Part shown: one piece after another, positions 18,393 through 26,902 of the stretch
Layout: each line of letters starts with the position of its first letter
Position numbering within the stretch: position 1 is the stretch's first letter
Assembly (NCBI GenBank): GCA_902385655.1
Contig: CABMGO010000006.1
Span: forward strand, 78,499 to 142,498
From: an uncultured archaeon
Lineage (GTDB): Archaea; Nanobdellota; Nanobdellia; Pacearchaeales; GW2011-AR1
Direction: 5' to 3'
DNA: 64,000 nucleotides
The notes under the pieces: model-generated
Databases searched by the model: none
Seen by the model: only the letters and a program-made list of their open reading frames with translations
Told to the model about the DNA's origin: nothing
Position numbers and translations under genes: made by a program

Positions 18393-19450
18393 AAAGTTCT
18401 AATCTTCATATCTTTCTTTTCTAATTTTGATAAAACAACAACACAGCTTTTTTTATCAGAAGCAAGTAATTTCCAATTTTTATCAGATTTATTCAATTGA
18501 GTCAAAATTTTTTTCGCATATTTTCTGACTTCGATGAACCATGGCATTTTATCTGTTCCCATTCTATTTCTTGCATACCCTATAGATGTAAATCCCTTTA
18601 CATGCACAAAATCTGGATCGGCTTTTAGAATTAAATTCGTATAATCTCCGACTAGTTCCTCAGTCATGTTGGTTATATCTTTGGCGAACCCCTGGGTTTG
18701 ACTTTGAGCCAACTTGTTCGGCTCTGTTAATTTAAATCTACTATCTTTTCCTGGTTTGACCAATGTTAATCTTATGCATCTTCGACATTTTCCTTTCAAA
18801 TCTCCGACTACTCCAATTGTTTCAGTAAATCTCTCCCAGGCGTCTTTATTGCAAGAATTATGCCATTTAACATAAAGTTCTTTATTCGGTGCATTTGTAG
18901 AAAGTGTTAATTGTGTCGGTAAAGAACTTGCCCCATCTAATTTCCTAATCATTTCAGGATTTTGCCCATTTGTTACTAAAAAAGAAATAGCTTTTCTCTT
19001 CCTTATTTCTCTTAGCATCTCATCAAGTCTCGGATAAATTGTTGGTTCTCCAGAAAGAGAAAATGAATATAAAGAAGGTTCACAAGCTTGTTGAAACTTT
19101 TTCTTATTAACCTTGTCAAGTCCTTTAAAACCCATCATAAGTTTTTTTCTTGCCAAAACAATTTTGTCTAAGATCTCAATTGGGTCATCAACTTTGTCGA
19201 GTTTGTTTCCTAAACTCAACTCAATCGGTCTCCAACAATGAACACATTTATGCTCACACCACATTAACGACGGAGAAAACTGACAGCACCCTGCAGATTT
19301 TATTCCATAGAATTTTTGTTTCCAACAACCTCCCTCCTCCTTAAGTGCTTTCTTTGTCCAATTACAAATTTGAACTCCTGAAGAATTGCCAACAACGGCA
19401 TATTTTTTGTTCTCTAAATCAGATTTGATATCATCAAAATTTCTTTTCAT
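18389..19450 (-). CDS. taw1: radical SAM tRNA 4-demethylwyosine synthase (Taw1/TYW1)
   Basis: CEHKCVHCWR radical-SAM cluster motif, LSGEPTIYPRL, and an upstream extra Cys cluster. Confidence 0.75.
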   Translation of the reverse strand: MKRNFDDIKSDLENKKYAVVGNSSGVQICNWTKKALKEEGGCWKQKFYGIKSAGCCQFSPSLMWCEHKCVHCWRPIELSLGNKLDKVDDPIEILDKIVLARKKLMMGFKGLDKVNKKKFQQACEPSLYSFSLSGEPTIYPRLDEMLREIRKRKAISFLVTNGQNPEMIRKLDGASSLPTQLTLSTNAPNKELYVKWHNSCNKDAWERFTETIGVVGDLKGKCRRCIRLTLVKPGKDSRFKLTEPNKLAQSQTQGFAKDITNMTEELVGDYTNLILKADPDFVHVKGFTSIGYARNRMGTDKMPWFIEVRKYAKKILTQLNKSDKNWKLLASDKKSCVVVLSKLEKKDMKIRTF

Positions 19451-19536
19451 AAATCAAAAAAGAAAATAAAAATTTTTAAAGTTATCTAAGAATAAACTAA
19501 CTCCTAGACCGAAGTAAACATAAGAGCAATCAAGGT

Positions 19537-19626
19537 TTAACCTCTTTTTGCTTTTTTCTTATAGCTTTTTTTCTTGGTCTTCTTTGCAGAAGTTTTTGTT
19601 TTTTTCTTAGCCGCCTTTTTTGCCAC
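19537..19626 (-). CDS. candidate 29-aa lysine-rich micro-ORF (GTG start)
   Basis: My translation: (M)AKKAAKKKTKTSAKKTKKKSYKKKAKRG-stop. GAGGT lies 13 nt upstream, and a TATA-like AAATATATAAAG sits further upstream. Too short for the ORF track. Confidence 0.3.
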   Translation of the reverse strand: MAKKAAKKKTKTSAKKTKKKSYKKKAKRG

Positions 19627-19751
19627 TTTACTTAATTACCTCTTTGTATAAAAAATAATTCATTCTTCTTTATATATTTATCTAAAAAATAATATTTTTC
19701 TGGATAATATTTCAGAGAGTCTCTAATCCAGTACGATTTATCCGTCGATAA

Positions 19752-21173
19752 TTATCTAAGCGCAAAAATCCAAGCAAGAATCATTAAAACAAAAATTAAT
19801 CCAATAAGCCAAGACATTATTCTAAAACCTTTTTTAGCAAACTTTTCAGATTTTTTCTTCTCAATTCCAAGCTTATTTGCAAGACCATATAGCCCCAAGT
19901 AAAAAAATCTGCCTCCGTCAAGAACGCCTAGCGGCAACATATTGAAAAGACCAACGAATAAATTAATCATCATTATCCACCAGAGGAGATTGTACACATA
20001 TAACGTTGCTGAGGGGAGATACTTTTCCTGATAATCTGTAGCGGGATCTTTGAAATCAGTCAGAAATCCAATAACTTTTCCAAATACTCCTCTCGAAACT
20101 TTTTCAGAATTCATAACTCCTAAAAATGCCTTAGACTTATTTACAGGGCTAGAAGACAACTCGACTCGATAACTCTTTTCTTCAGTTCCTATTCTAGTAG
20201 TTATTGAAACTACGTCTCCCGGATTTTTCCCTTGTAAAAATTCAGAAAGATCTTCTCTATCTTTTATTGCAACATTATCAATTTGGACTATAACTCCTTT
20301 AAGTCGAATATTTATCGCAGGAGAGTTTTCATAGAGGACTATTAATTCCAGATTTTGATTTTTAAGGACGTCTGATAAATAACTTGAGTTTCCCGCAAAT
20401 AAATACGTTTTATTCTCACTAGTATATACTTTTGTTAAATTAGTTCCGCCAATCATTTCAAAAGAAGTTATATTTTTTACACTAACTGGAGAATAAGCAT
20501 AATCGCTAAATACATATCCTGCGGGTTGGTATGCTAAAAAGAAAAATCCGACGAGCAACAAGAAAAATATTCCTGCAAACAAAATATTAGCGAAAACTCC
20601 TGCAGCTAAAACTGTCATCTGATTTCTTCTTGATTTTCTAACCAAGTCTTGATCATTTTGTTCTACAAACGCACCAAGTATTGGTCCTAAAAATGCAAAT
20701 CCGGTAGATTTTATTCTCACTTTAAACAATCTCATAAAAATTCCATGTGAGAATTCATGAACTACTGCAACAATTAATAATGCAACTATAAAATATGTAA
20801 AATAAAATGGGGGCATCAAACTCTGCACTCCAAAAATTTGTGGGAAATAAGGTATAAGTGGCATTACTGGTGGTGCTTTTATTATTTGAGTTATCTGTGG
20901 GAAAGCCCAGTAGATGTAAACAGTTTGAATTAACAAAAACAACATAACTCCCATCAAAATCAATCCAAGAAGAATGATTGGATATCTTAATGCATAAAGA
21001 ACTTTAGAATATTTTGAACTAAACTCGTCGATATATTTTACTCCAAGCTGAGTCTTATACAAATACATCCATCCTTCTTTTGTCAAATTCTTTTTTCTAG
21101 AATGAAGAAACCAGAATACCCAAATACAAAAGATAACTAACAAGCTCAAATCAAAAATCATTATCTTGTCCAT
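19752..21173 (-). CDS. site-2 protease family (M50) membrane metalloprotease with a PDZ-like insert
   Basis: HEFSHG zinc motif in a TM helix and a C-terminal NMLPLGVLDGG motif. Confidence 0.8.
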   Translation of the reverse strand: MDKIMIFDLSLLVIFCIWVFWFLHSRKKNLTKEGWMYLYKTQLGVKYIDEFSSKYSKVLYALRYPIILLGLILMGVMLFLLIQTVYIYWAFPQITQIIKAPPVMPLIPYFPQIFGVQSLMPPFYFTYFIVALLIVAVVHEFSHGIFMRLFKVRIKSTGFAFLGPILGAFVEQNDQDLVRKSRRNQMTVLAAGVFANILFAGIFFLLLVGFFFLAYQPAGYVFSDYAYSPVSVKNITSFEMIGGTNLTKVYTSENKTYLFAGNSSYLSDVLKNQNLELIVLYENSPAINIRLKGVIVQIDNVAIKDREDLSEFLQGKNPGDVVSITTRIGTEEKSYRVELSSSPVNKSKAFLGVMNSEKVSRGVFGKVIGFLTDFKDPATDYQEKYLPSATLYVYNLLWWIMMINLFVGLFNMLPLGVLDGGRFFYLGLYGLANKLGIEKKKSEKFAKKGFRIMSWLIGLIFVLMILAWIFALR

Positions 21174-21211
21174 CTCTTATCAATGAGAATTCATTTTATA
21201 AATATAGTCAT

Positions 21212-21679
21212 TTATGACTTTCTCTCTCCGGCTAGTGCAATTATTCTAGTAATTTTTCTTGGCGACCATTCAAGTTCTATTCCGTATTTTCTACAAAGAG
21301 AATCGACGTTTAACCTCGCACCTTCTGGAGTTTTTTCGACATACTGGTTTTCATGGCCGCCTAAAAATTCTTTTATTTCTCGTTCATGTTCTTTTCTTGC
21401 TCCTGGTTGCCAATATCTCGGACTGTAAACCGCTTTCTCAGTCCAGTCTGGATGAGATTCTCTAATTGGTTTTACTCTAGCTTCAAGATCAATGTTTGTA
21501 CAAATTAAATAAATAGATTTACTAAAATCAAAAACGTCTGAAATCAGTTCTCTCGGAGGACAGCCTTTCTTCTTTCCATAATTCGGGCATCCATGTCGAA
21601 AGGACCTCTCTCTTTGTAGACACATATGCTGATATCTGGTAGAAATTTCTAAATCTTCTGGATTTACTCGAATTATCAT
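21212..21679 (-). CDS. Cys-rich metal-binding protein (DUF2284-like, assigned from memory)
   Basis: 155-aa ORF with C..HGCPNYGKKKGCPP. Confidence 0.5.
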   Translation of the reverse strand: MIIRVNPEDLEISTRYQHMCLQRERSFRHGCPNYGKKKGCPPRELISDVFDFSKSIYLICTNIDLEARVKPIRESHPDWTEKAVYSPRYWQPGARKEHEREIKEFLGGHENQYVEKTPEGARLNVDSLCRKYGIELEWSPRKITRIIALAGERKS

Positions 21680-21708
21680 TAACTTCCTATCACACTCTAG
21701 AATTATAA

Positions 21709-21873
21709 TTACTTTTTACGCAATGGTCTAAATGCCTTTGACTTGCATTTTCTACAAGCTACAGTTCCTGAAAGAATTTTTCCAGGTTCAAGTCTCATTT
21801 TTTGATTGCAAACTTTACAAACAAAAATATTTTTGAAAAGTCTATTTTGTGCTGCAGGAATCTTTGTTGCCAT
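21709..21873 (-). CDS. rpl40e: 50S ribosomal protein eL40
   Basis: My translation: MATKIPAAQNRLFKNIFVCKVCNQKMRLEPGKILSGTVACRKCKSKAFRPLRKK, which has a CxxC..CxxC zinc ribbon and eL40 size. Below the ORF-track cutoff. Confidence 0.8.
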   Translation of the reverse strand: MATKIPAAQNRLFKNIFVCKVCNQKMRLEPGKILSGTVACRKCKSKAFRPLRKK

Positions 21874-21875
21874 AA

Positions 21876-22274
21876 TTAATTAGTTAATCCGATTCTTTTA
21901 ATTATTTTTTTACCTTCAACATCCCAATACTCAAGTGTACTTCCATCTGTTATTTGTCCTTTAAATTCTTCTGGGATTGGTAATTCAAAATTTTCAAAAT
22001 TTTCAGCATCCATAACGCTAACATTTTCACCAACTAAAGCCAAAACTTGTGCTTTTCTTTTATCAATCAATGGAACCTCAATTCTCTCTCCACCTGGATA
22101 AACTGCCATCTTTTTCTTCTCACCAATAACTGAAATAGCTTCGAAACGGCATTTACTCGCTCCATGTTTTCCTGTCTTAGAATGGTCTACATTTTTGATA
22201 ACGTAAGCTTCCCCATCAAAGATAGCAAAACTTCCCGGTTTCAATTCATATGCATCAACAATTTTTAATACCAT
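21876..22274 (-). CDS. eif5a: translation initiation factor 5A (aIF5A)
   Basis: Hypusine-site motif SKTGKHGASK, and 132 aa in length. Confidence 0.92.
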   Translation of the reverse strand: MVLKIVDAYELKPGSFAIFDGEAYVIKNVDHSKTGKHGASKCRFEAISVIGEKKKMAVYPGGERIEVPLIDKRKAQVLALVGENVSVMDAENFENFELPIPEEFKGQITDGSTLEYWDVEGKKIIKRIGLTN

Positions 22275-22322
22275 ATAACTACCTCAAAAAATTTTCCTTT
22301 ATAAATTTATGTTTTATTAATT

Positions 22323-22883
22323 CTATTTCCCAAAATCAGAATATCCCCACTTTTTGGTGGCCCGTTGTTCAATTCTCATAAGCTCCTTTATTTCGTCATC
22401 TGTTGCGCTTTCTATAACTAAAAGAGGCCTTCTTTTTCTATGCCCGCTACCACTAATATTCGGGTTGTAATCATTTAACCTATAAAATAAGGAATGTGGC
22501 GATCTAGACAACAGGTTTCTAACATACTCATTTTGAATAATGCTATCAAATTCATGTTCACTAGAAAATCTTCCGAAATACCTTCTTTCATTCTCGCCCA
22601 TACTTGCCAATTTTTCATAATACTGTTGTACTCTTTCTCCATGAACAATTCCTCTTAAGTGTAAAGAAACAATTCTGTCTTTTCTTGCTAGTTTGTAGTC
22701 CTCCGCATTAAAATCAAATTTTACCAGGGGGGAGCTAGCATCAAAATGGGTAGAAGCAATTAATTCTCTCCAGTTTTCTTGAGTTTGTTGAGAAATTTCA
22801 AGTCCGGAAAGATACGGTCTCAATCTTATCTGTCTTACTGCTTCCTCAACCAAAACATCTGGGATACTTCTTCCATCTGCCAT
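22323..22883 (-). CDS. hypothetical protein
   Basis: 186-aa ORF. No family recognised. Confidence 0.55.
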   Translation of the reverse strand: MADGRSIPDVLVEEAVRQIRLRPYLSGLEISQQTQENWRELIASTHFDASSPLVKFDFNAEDYKLARKDRIVSLHLRGIVHGERVQQYYEKLASMGENERRYFGRFSSEHEFDSIIQNEYVRNLLSRSPHSLFYRLNDYNPNISGSGHRKRRPLLVIESATDDEIKELMRIEQRATKKWGYSDFGK

Positions 22884-22973
22884 AACATTAAATGCTGTTT
22901 ATGTTTCTTAAACATTGTTATACTCTGAGATAATCTTACAAAACCTTAAAAACCCCTATTTCCAAAAACCAAT

Positions 22974-23702
22974 ATGGTAACAGTTCAAAAAAATGACTTT
23001 ATTGAATTAGAATTTACTGGAATTGTCAAAGACACTCAGGAAATTTTCGATACTACGAATAAGGACGAAGCAAAAAAAATTGGTATGCAGAACCCTGAAA
23101 AGGTAAAACCTGCAATGCTTTCGGTAGGTAATAGTATGACAGTAAAAGGGCTTGATGCTGACTTATCCGGAAAAGAAGTTGGAAAAGAATATTCTATCGA
23201 ACTAAAAGCAGAAGATGCATTTGGAAAGAGAAATCCTTCAATGGTCAAAATGATTCCATTAAAACTTTTCTTAGAGCAAAGAATTATGCCTGAGAAGGGA
23301 ATGCAACTTTCTCTTGATGGGATGGTTGTAAAAATTGTCTCTGTTTCAGGCGGAAGAGTTTTAGTAGATTTCAATAATCCTCTTTCGGGAAAAACAATTA
23401 TCTACAAATACAAAATCTCAAGAAAGCTTGAAGACCAAAAGGAAAAAATTAATGCACTTCAAGACTTTTTCTTCAGAAAAACTTTTGATTTCGAAGTCAA
23501 AGAAAAAGATTTAATCATGAAAGTTGATAAGAACATGCAGAAGTTTGTTGAGATGATGGCAAAGCCATTTGAAGAAATTCTCGGATTAAAAGTTAAGGTC
23601 GAAGTTTTCGCTTCGACACAAAGTTCAAAAGTCGGAGATGCAAAAGCTGAGCAAGAGATAGTCGAAAAGAAAGAAGAGAAAAAAGAAGAAGCGAAAAAAT
23701 AA
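22974..23702 (+). CDS. FKBP-type peptidyl-prolyl isomerase (long archaeal form)
   Basis: FIELEFTGIVKDTQEIFDTT start, an IF-flap-like insert, LVDFNNPLSGK, and a C-terminal helical domain. Confidence 0.75.
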   Translation: MVTVQKNDFIELEFTGIVKDTQEIFDTTNKDEAKKIGMQNPEKVKPAMLSVGNSMTVKGLDADLSGKEVGKEYSIELKAEDAFGKRNPSMVKMIPLKLFLEQRIMPEKGMQLSLDGMVVKIVSVSGGRVLVDFNNPLSGKTIIYKYKISRKLEDQKEKINALQDFFFRKTFDFEVKEKDLIMKVDKNMQKFVEMMAKPFEEILGLKVKVEVFASTQSSKVGDAKAEQEIVEKKEEKKEEAKK

Positions 23703-23798
23703 TTTTTGCTCCATAAAACCTGGGGTTAAAGAATCTAAAGAATAATTATACACTTCCTCACCTATATTTTTATAAACACAAATTATATGAGTTAGTCA

Positions 23799-24902
23799 AT
23801 GGGAGTGATAGGTGATGAAAATTTCTCCGCGAGATCAGATATAGACAAAGAGCTCGAAGAGATCATAAAAAAGCAAGCGGCAAGAATTAAGATAATCGGA
23901 GTTGGCGGAGCAGGAAATAATTCTATAACAAGGATGAGAGAAGTCGGAATAAAGGGCGGGGAGATCATTGCGATAAATACTGATGCACAAGATTTACTTT
24001 ATACTAACGCAGATAAAAAAATTTTAATCGGAAGAGAAATTTCTAAAGGTCTCGGTGCAGGTTCAAATCCTAGAATTGGTGCAGAAGCCGCAAAAGAACA
24101 AGGCGCAGATATTAAAAAAGCATTAGACAATTCGGATATGGTTTTCATTACTTGCGGTCTGGGGGGTGGAACGGGTACTGGTGCAGCTCCTGTCGTTGCT
24201 GATATGGCAAAAAAAATGGGGGCATTAACTATCGGTGTTGTAACTTTGCCATTCACAGTCGAAGGTAAAAAAAGAATTGAAAATGCTATGGATGGCTTAG
24301 AAAGAATAGAATCTTTAGTGGACACTTTAATTGTAATTCCAAATGATAAACTTTTAGAATTGGCCCCAGATCTTCCTCTACCGACGGCATTTAAAGTTGC
24401 TGACGAAATTTTAACAAATGCTGTTAAAGGAATAACAGAACTTGTAACTCGTTCAGGTTTAGTAAATCTCGACTTTGCTGATATTCGTGCAGTAATGTCA
24501 AATGGCGGAGTTTCATTAATCGGCATGGGAGAATCTGATTCTAATGAAAGAGCAACCGAAGCTGTTGAACGAGCTTTGAATAATCCTCTTCTGGATGTTC
24601 AAATTGAAAATGCTTCGGGCGCATTAATTAACGTCCTAGGTGGAAATGATTTAACCTTAGAAGAATACAAAGTTGTCGTCGGCGCAATTGGGGACAAGCT
24701 TTCTCCCGAAGCAAAAATTATTTCCGGAGCTCAGATTTCAAAAGATCTTGAAGGTTCAATAAAAGTTATGTTAATAATTACTGGAGTAAAATCTCCTCAA
24801 ATTTCTGGAGACAAAAAATCCATAGAACAACAGAAAAAAGATTCTATAGAGGAAGAGTTAGGAATAGAGTATATAGAATCCGACGATGAGACAGTCGACT
24901 AG
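23799..24902 (+). CDS. ftsZ: cell division GTPase FtsZ
   Basis: GVGGAGNN, GLGGGTGTGAAPV (the tubulin signature), and NLDFADI. Confidence 0.95.
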   Translation: MGVIGDENFSARSDIDKELEEIIKKQAARIKIIGVGGAGNNSITRMREVGIKGGEIIAINTDAQDLLYTNADKKILIGREISKGLGAGSNPRIGAEAAKEQGADIKKALDNSDMVFITCGLGGGTGTGAAPVVADMAKKMGALTIGVVTLPFTVEGKKRIENAMDGLERIESLVDTLIVIPNDKLLELAPDLPLPTAFKVADEILTNAVKGITELVTRSGLVNLDFADIRAVMSNGGVSLIGMGESDSNERATEAVERALNNPLLDVQIENASGALINVLGGNDLTLEEYKVVVGAIGDKLSPEAKIISGAQISKDLEGSIKVMLIITGVKSPQISGDKKSIEQQKKDSIEEELGIEYIESDDETVD

Positions 24903-25000
24903 ATTTTGGTTAATGATTGGCTCTCGGAGCAGACGACGAGGAAGAATAATTCTTGTAAACAAAACGGCACACTTAAAAACCCAAAAATACTAATCAAAAT

Positions 25001-25192
25001 ATGGAAGAACAAAAATTGAACTGGAAAACCCGATTGTCTTCAAATTTTCAACAATACAAAAGAGTATGGCGATTATTAAAGAAACCAACAAAGCAGGAAT
25101 TTCTCACAATCGCAAAAGTTTCTGCAATAGGTCTTCTAATCATCGGTGCTTTTGGTTTTGTAATTGCAACAATCATGTCTTTTTTCTTTTAG
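25001..25192 (+). CDS. secE: protein translocase subunit SecE (Sec61 gamma)
   Basis: 63 aa with RLLKKPTKQEF and one C-terminal TM helix, immediately upstream of Spt5 and uL11. Confidence 0.85.
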   Translation: MEEQKLNWKTRLSSNFQQYKRVWRLLKKPTKQEFLTIAKVSAIGLLIIGAFGFVIATIMSFFF

Positions 25193-25275
25193 TTTAAAAA
25201 CGTAAACTTTTTAAAGCGCCCAAAATAACTATTATTAACTAATTCTTAATTTTTTAAGACTTAGTCTGACTAAAC

Positions 25276-25899
25276 ATGGCATTAGGAAACGAAGAATTCG
25301 ATTATCTCGACGACGGAAAAAATGTTTTCGGAGAACTTCCAGAATCAGAGAAACCAAAAATTCAGGTTAAAGTAAAAGAAAAACCAGTCGAAGAACCAAA
25401 ACAAGAAGAGAAAGTTGAAGAGTTTAAAACTGATTCTATTATTTACATTGTTAAAGTTACAACAAATAAAGAACAAAAATCTTTAGAACTTGTTGCTGAC
25501 AAAGTTAACAAGAAAGGAATTAATATTTACGCAGTTGCAAAACCACATGGATTAAGGGGATACATTATCCTCGAAGCTCCGGACAAAGAAAATGCAGAAG
25601 AAGCAGTTTTTAATTTACCTTACATCAAAGGAATTATTCCAAAACAAGTTTCATATGAAGAAATAAAATCTATGATCGAACCAAGAGCTTCTGAAGTTAA
25701 GATTGAAAAGAATGACATTGTAGAAATTATTTCAGATTCTTTCAAGAATGAAAAAGCTAAAGTTATCAGAGTCGATAAAACAAAGGGCGAAGCAGTTGTT
25801 TCTTTGCTTGCAGCAGTTGTTCCAATACCCGTTACTGTAAAATTAGATAATTTGAGAGTTATCAGAAGAGAAGATGAAGCGCAGGGAGGTTCTGCTTAA
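25276..25899 (+). CDS. spt5: transcription elongation factor Spt5 (NusG) with a ~50-aa acidic/basic N-terminal extension
   Basis: NGN domain (IYIVKVTTNKEQ..LRGYIILEA) and KOW domain (NDIVEIISDSFKNEKAKVIRVD). Confidence 0.88.
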   Translation: MALGNEEFDYLDDGKNVFGELPESEKPKIQVKVKEKPVEEPKQEEKVEEFKTDSIIYIVKVTTNKEQKSLELVADKVNKKGINIYAVAKPHGLRGYIILEAPDKENAEEAVFNLPYIKGIIPKQVSYEEIKSMIEPRASEVKIEKNDIVEIISDSFKNEKAKVIRVDKTKGEAVVSLLAAVVPIPVTVKLDNLRVIRREDEAQGGSA

Positions 25900-25937
25900 A
25901 TCGGTAGTTTTAAAAATAAACTCTTTTAAACAAACAC

Positions 25938-26642
25938 ATGGCAACAATAAAACTTTTGGTTGATGGTGGCGCAATGAAGCCAGGACCAGCAATAGCTCAG
26001 CAGTTGGGCCCAATGGGAATTAATATTGGTAAAGTAATCTCCGAAGTAAATACTGCAACTTCTATGTTCAAGGGAATGCAAGTTCCAGTTAATTTGGACG
26101 TTGATGCAAAAACAAAATCATTTACTGTTAAAGTCTTAACACCTTCTGTTTCAGCGTTAATAAAAAAAGAAGCTGGAATTGAATTGGCTTCTGGCGAAAG
26201 AAAAAAATACCAGGTCGGAAATATTTCTATAGAGCAACTTATCTCTGTAACAAATCAAAAGTTTTCATCTATGTTAGCTAAAGACTTCAGAAGTGCATTA
26301 AAATCTGTAATTGGTAGTTGCATGACTATGGGTATTTTAATTGAATCTCAAGATCCAAAAGAATTTTTACAAAACTTAGAAGCAGGCAAATATGATAAAG
26401 AAATTAAAGCTAAAAAAACAGACACTGATCCAAAGAAATTGAAAGAATTAAAGGAATACTTCCAACAAGTTCAAACTAAGCAACAGGCAGCTAAGAAAGC
26501 TGAAGAAGAAGCTAAAGCAGCTGAAGAAGCAGCTAAAGCAGCAGCAGCTACAGCTAAACCTGCAGAAGGCGCAGCAGCAGCTACACCAGCAGCAGCTACA
26601 CCAGCAGCTACAGCAAAACCAGCTGCAGCAGCAAAGAAGTAA
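25938..26642 (+). CDS. rpl11: 50S ribosomal protein uL11 with a ~75-aa Ala/Lys/Glu/Pro-rich C-terminal extension
   Basis: GGAMKPGPAIAQQLGPMGINI uL11 N-domain. The low-complexity tail runs from about aa 157 to 234. Confidence 0.9.
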   Translation: MATIKLLVDGGAMKPGPAIAQQLGPMGINIGKVISEVNTATSMFKGMQVPVNLDVDAKTKSFTVKVLTPSVSALIKKEAGIELASGERKKYQVGNISIEQLISVTNQKFSSMLAKDFRSALKSVIGSCMTMGILIESQDPKEFLQNLEAGKYDKEIKAKKTDTDPKKLKELKEYFQQVQTKQQAAKKAEEEAKAAEEAAKAAAATAKPAEGAAAATPAAATPAATAKPAAAAKK

Positions 26643-26652
26643 CTTTATAAAA
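26643..26652 (+). promoter_or_regulatory. TATA box of tRNA-Pro
   Basis: CTTTATAAAA lies about 25 nt upstream of tRNA position 1. This matches the TTTATAAA-type boxes seen before many genes here. Confidence 0.5.
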
Positions 26653-26674
26653 CTCCAACTCATAAAATGGCTAC

Positions 26675-26745
26675 GGGGGTATGGGGTAGTGGTAGCCTAC
26701 GAGGTTTGGGACTTCGTGATCTCGGTTCGATCCCGAGTACCCCCA
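26675..26745 (+). tRNA. tRNA-Pro(UGG)
   Basis: Hand fold: acceptor GGGGGTA/TACCCCC, anticodon stem CGAGG/CTTCG, loop TTTGGGA, T arm CTCGG-TTCGATC-CCGAG, discriminator A. No encoded CCA. Confidence 0.9.
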
Positions 26746-26864
26746 TTTAGCCAAAAGAAGTCGGCGATCGAACACTCGATCCTGAGCAAAACGCTTCGAG
26801 CAGACAAACTGAAAAGTTTATAACTGCGAGATGTATTTTGTGAACAGAGTACCCCCATTTAGCC
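26746..26864 (+). repeat. tRNA-trailer cassette (family 1) downstream of tRNA-Pro, ending in an 18-nt re-copy of the tRNA 3' end
   Basis: GAGTACCCCCATTTAGCC at 26735-26752 recurs at 26847-26864. Internal hairpin GATCGA-ACAC-TCGATC, then the core ACGCTTCGAGCAG..CTGCGAGATGTATTTTGTGAACAG. Confidence 0.9.
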
Positions 26865-26902
26865 GACGGAAATAAACAAAAACACAAAAACACAAAAACA
26901 CA

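Noticed and set aside
24925-24950. CTCGGAGCAGACGACGAGG downstream of ftsZ as a deleted family 1 end.
   Set aside because: Only the hexamer GAGCAG and CGACGAG match. There is no left block or helix, so the similarity is too short to support.
26753-26846. The family 1 cassette as a C/D box or H/ACA sRNA co-transcribed with the tRNA.
   Set aside because: No conserved RUGAUGA/CUGA pairs or ACA box occur at equivalent positions across the copies. The tandem G.A arrangement needed for a K-turn could not be aligned with the conserved flanks.
26735-26864. The direct repeats of tRNA 3' ends as attL/attR of an integrated virus or plasmid.
   Set aside because: Rejected as a sufficient explanation. Only ~90-100 nt lie between the repeats, no integrase or other gene is present, the same architecture occurs at all four tRNAs, and the insert carries a host-tRNA-specific T-arm echo. 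A decayed or miniature derivative remains possible and is listed among the hypotheses.
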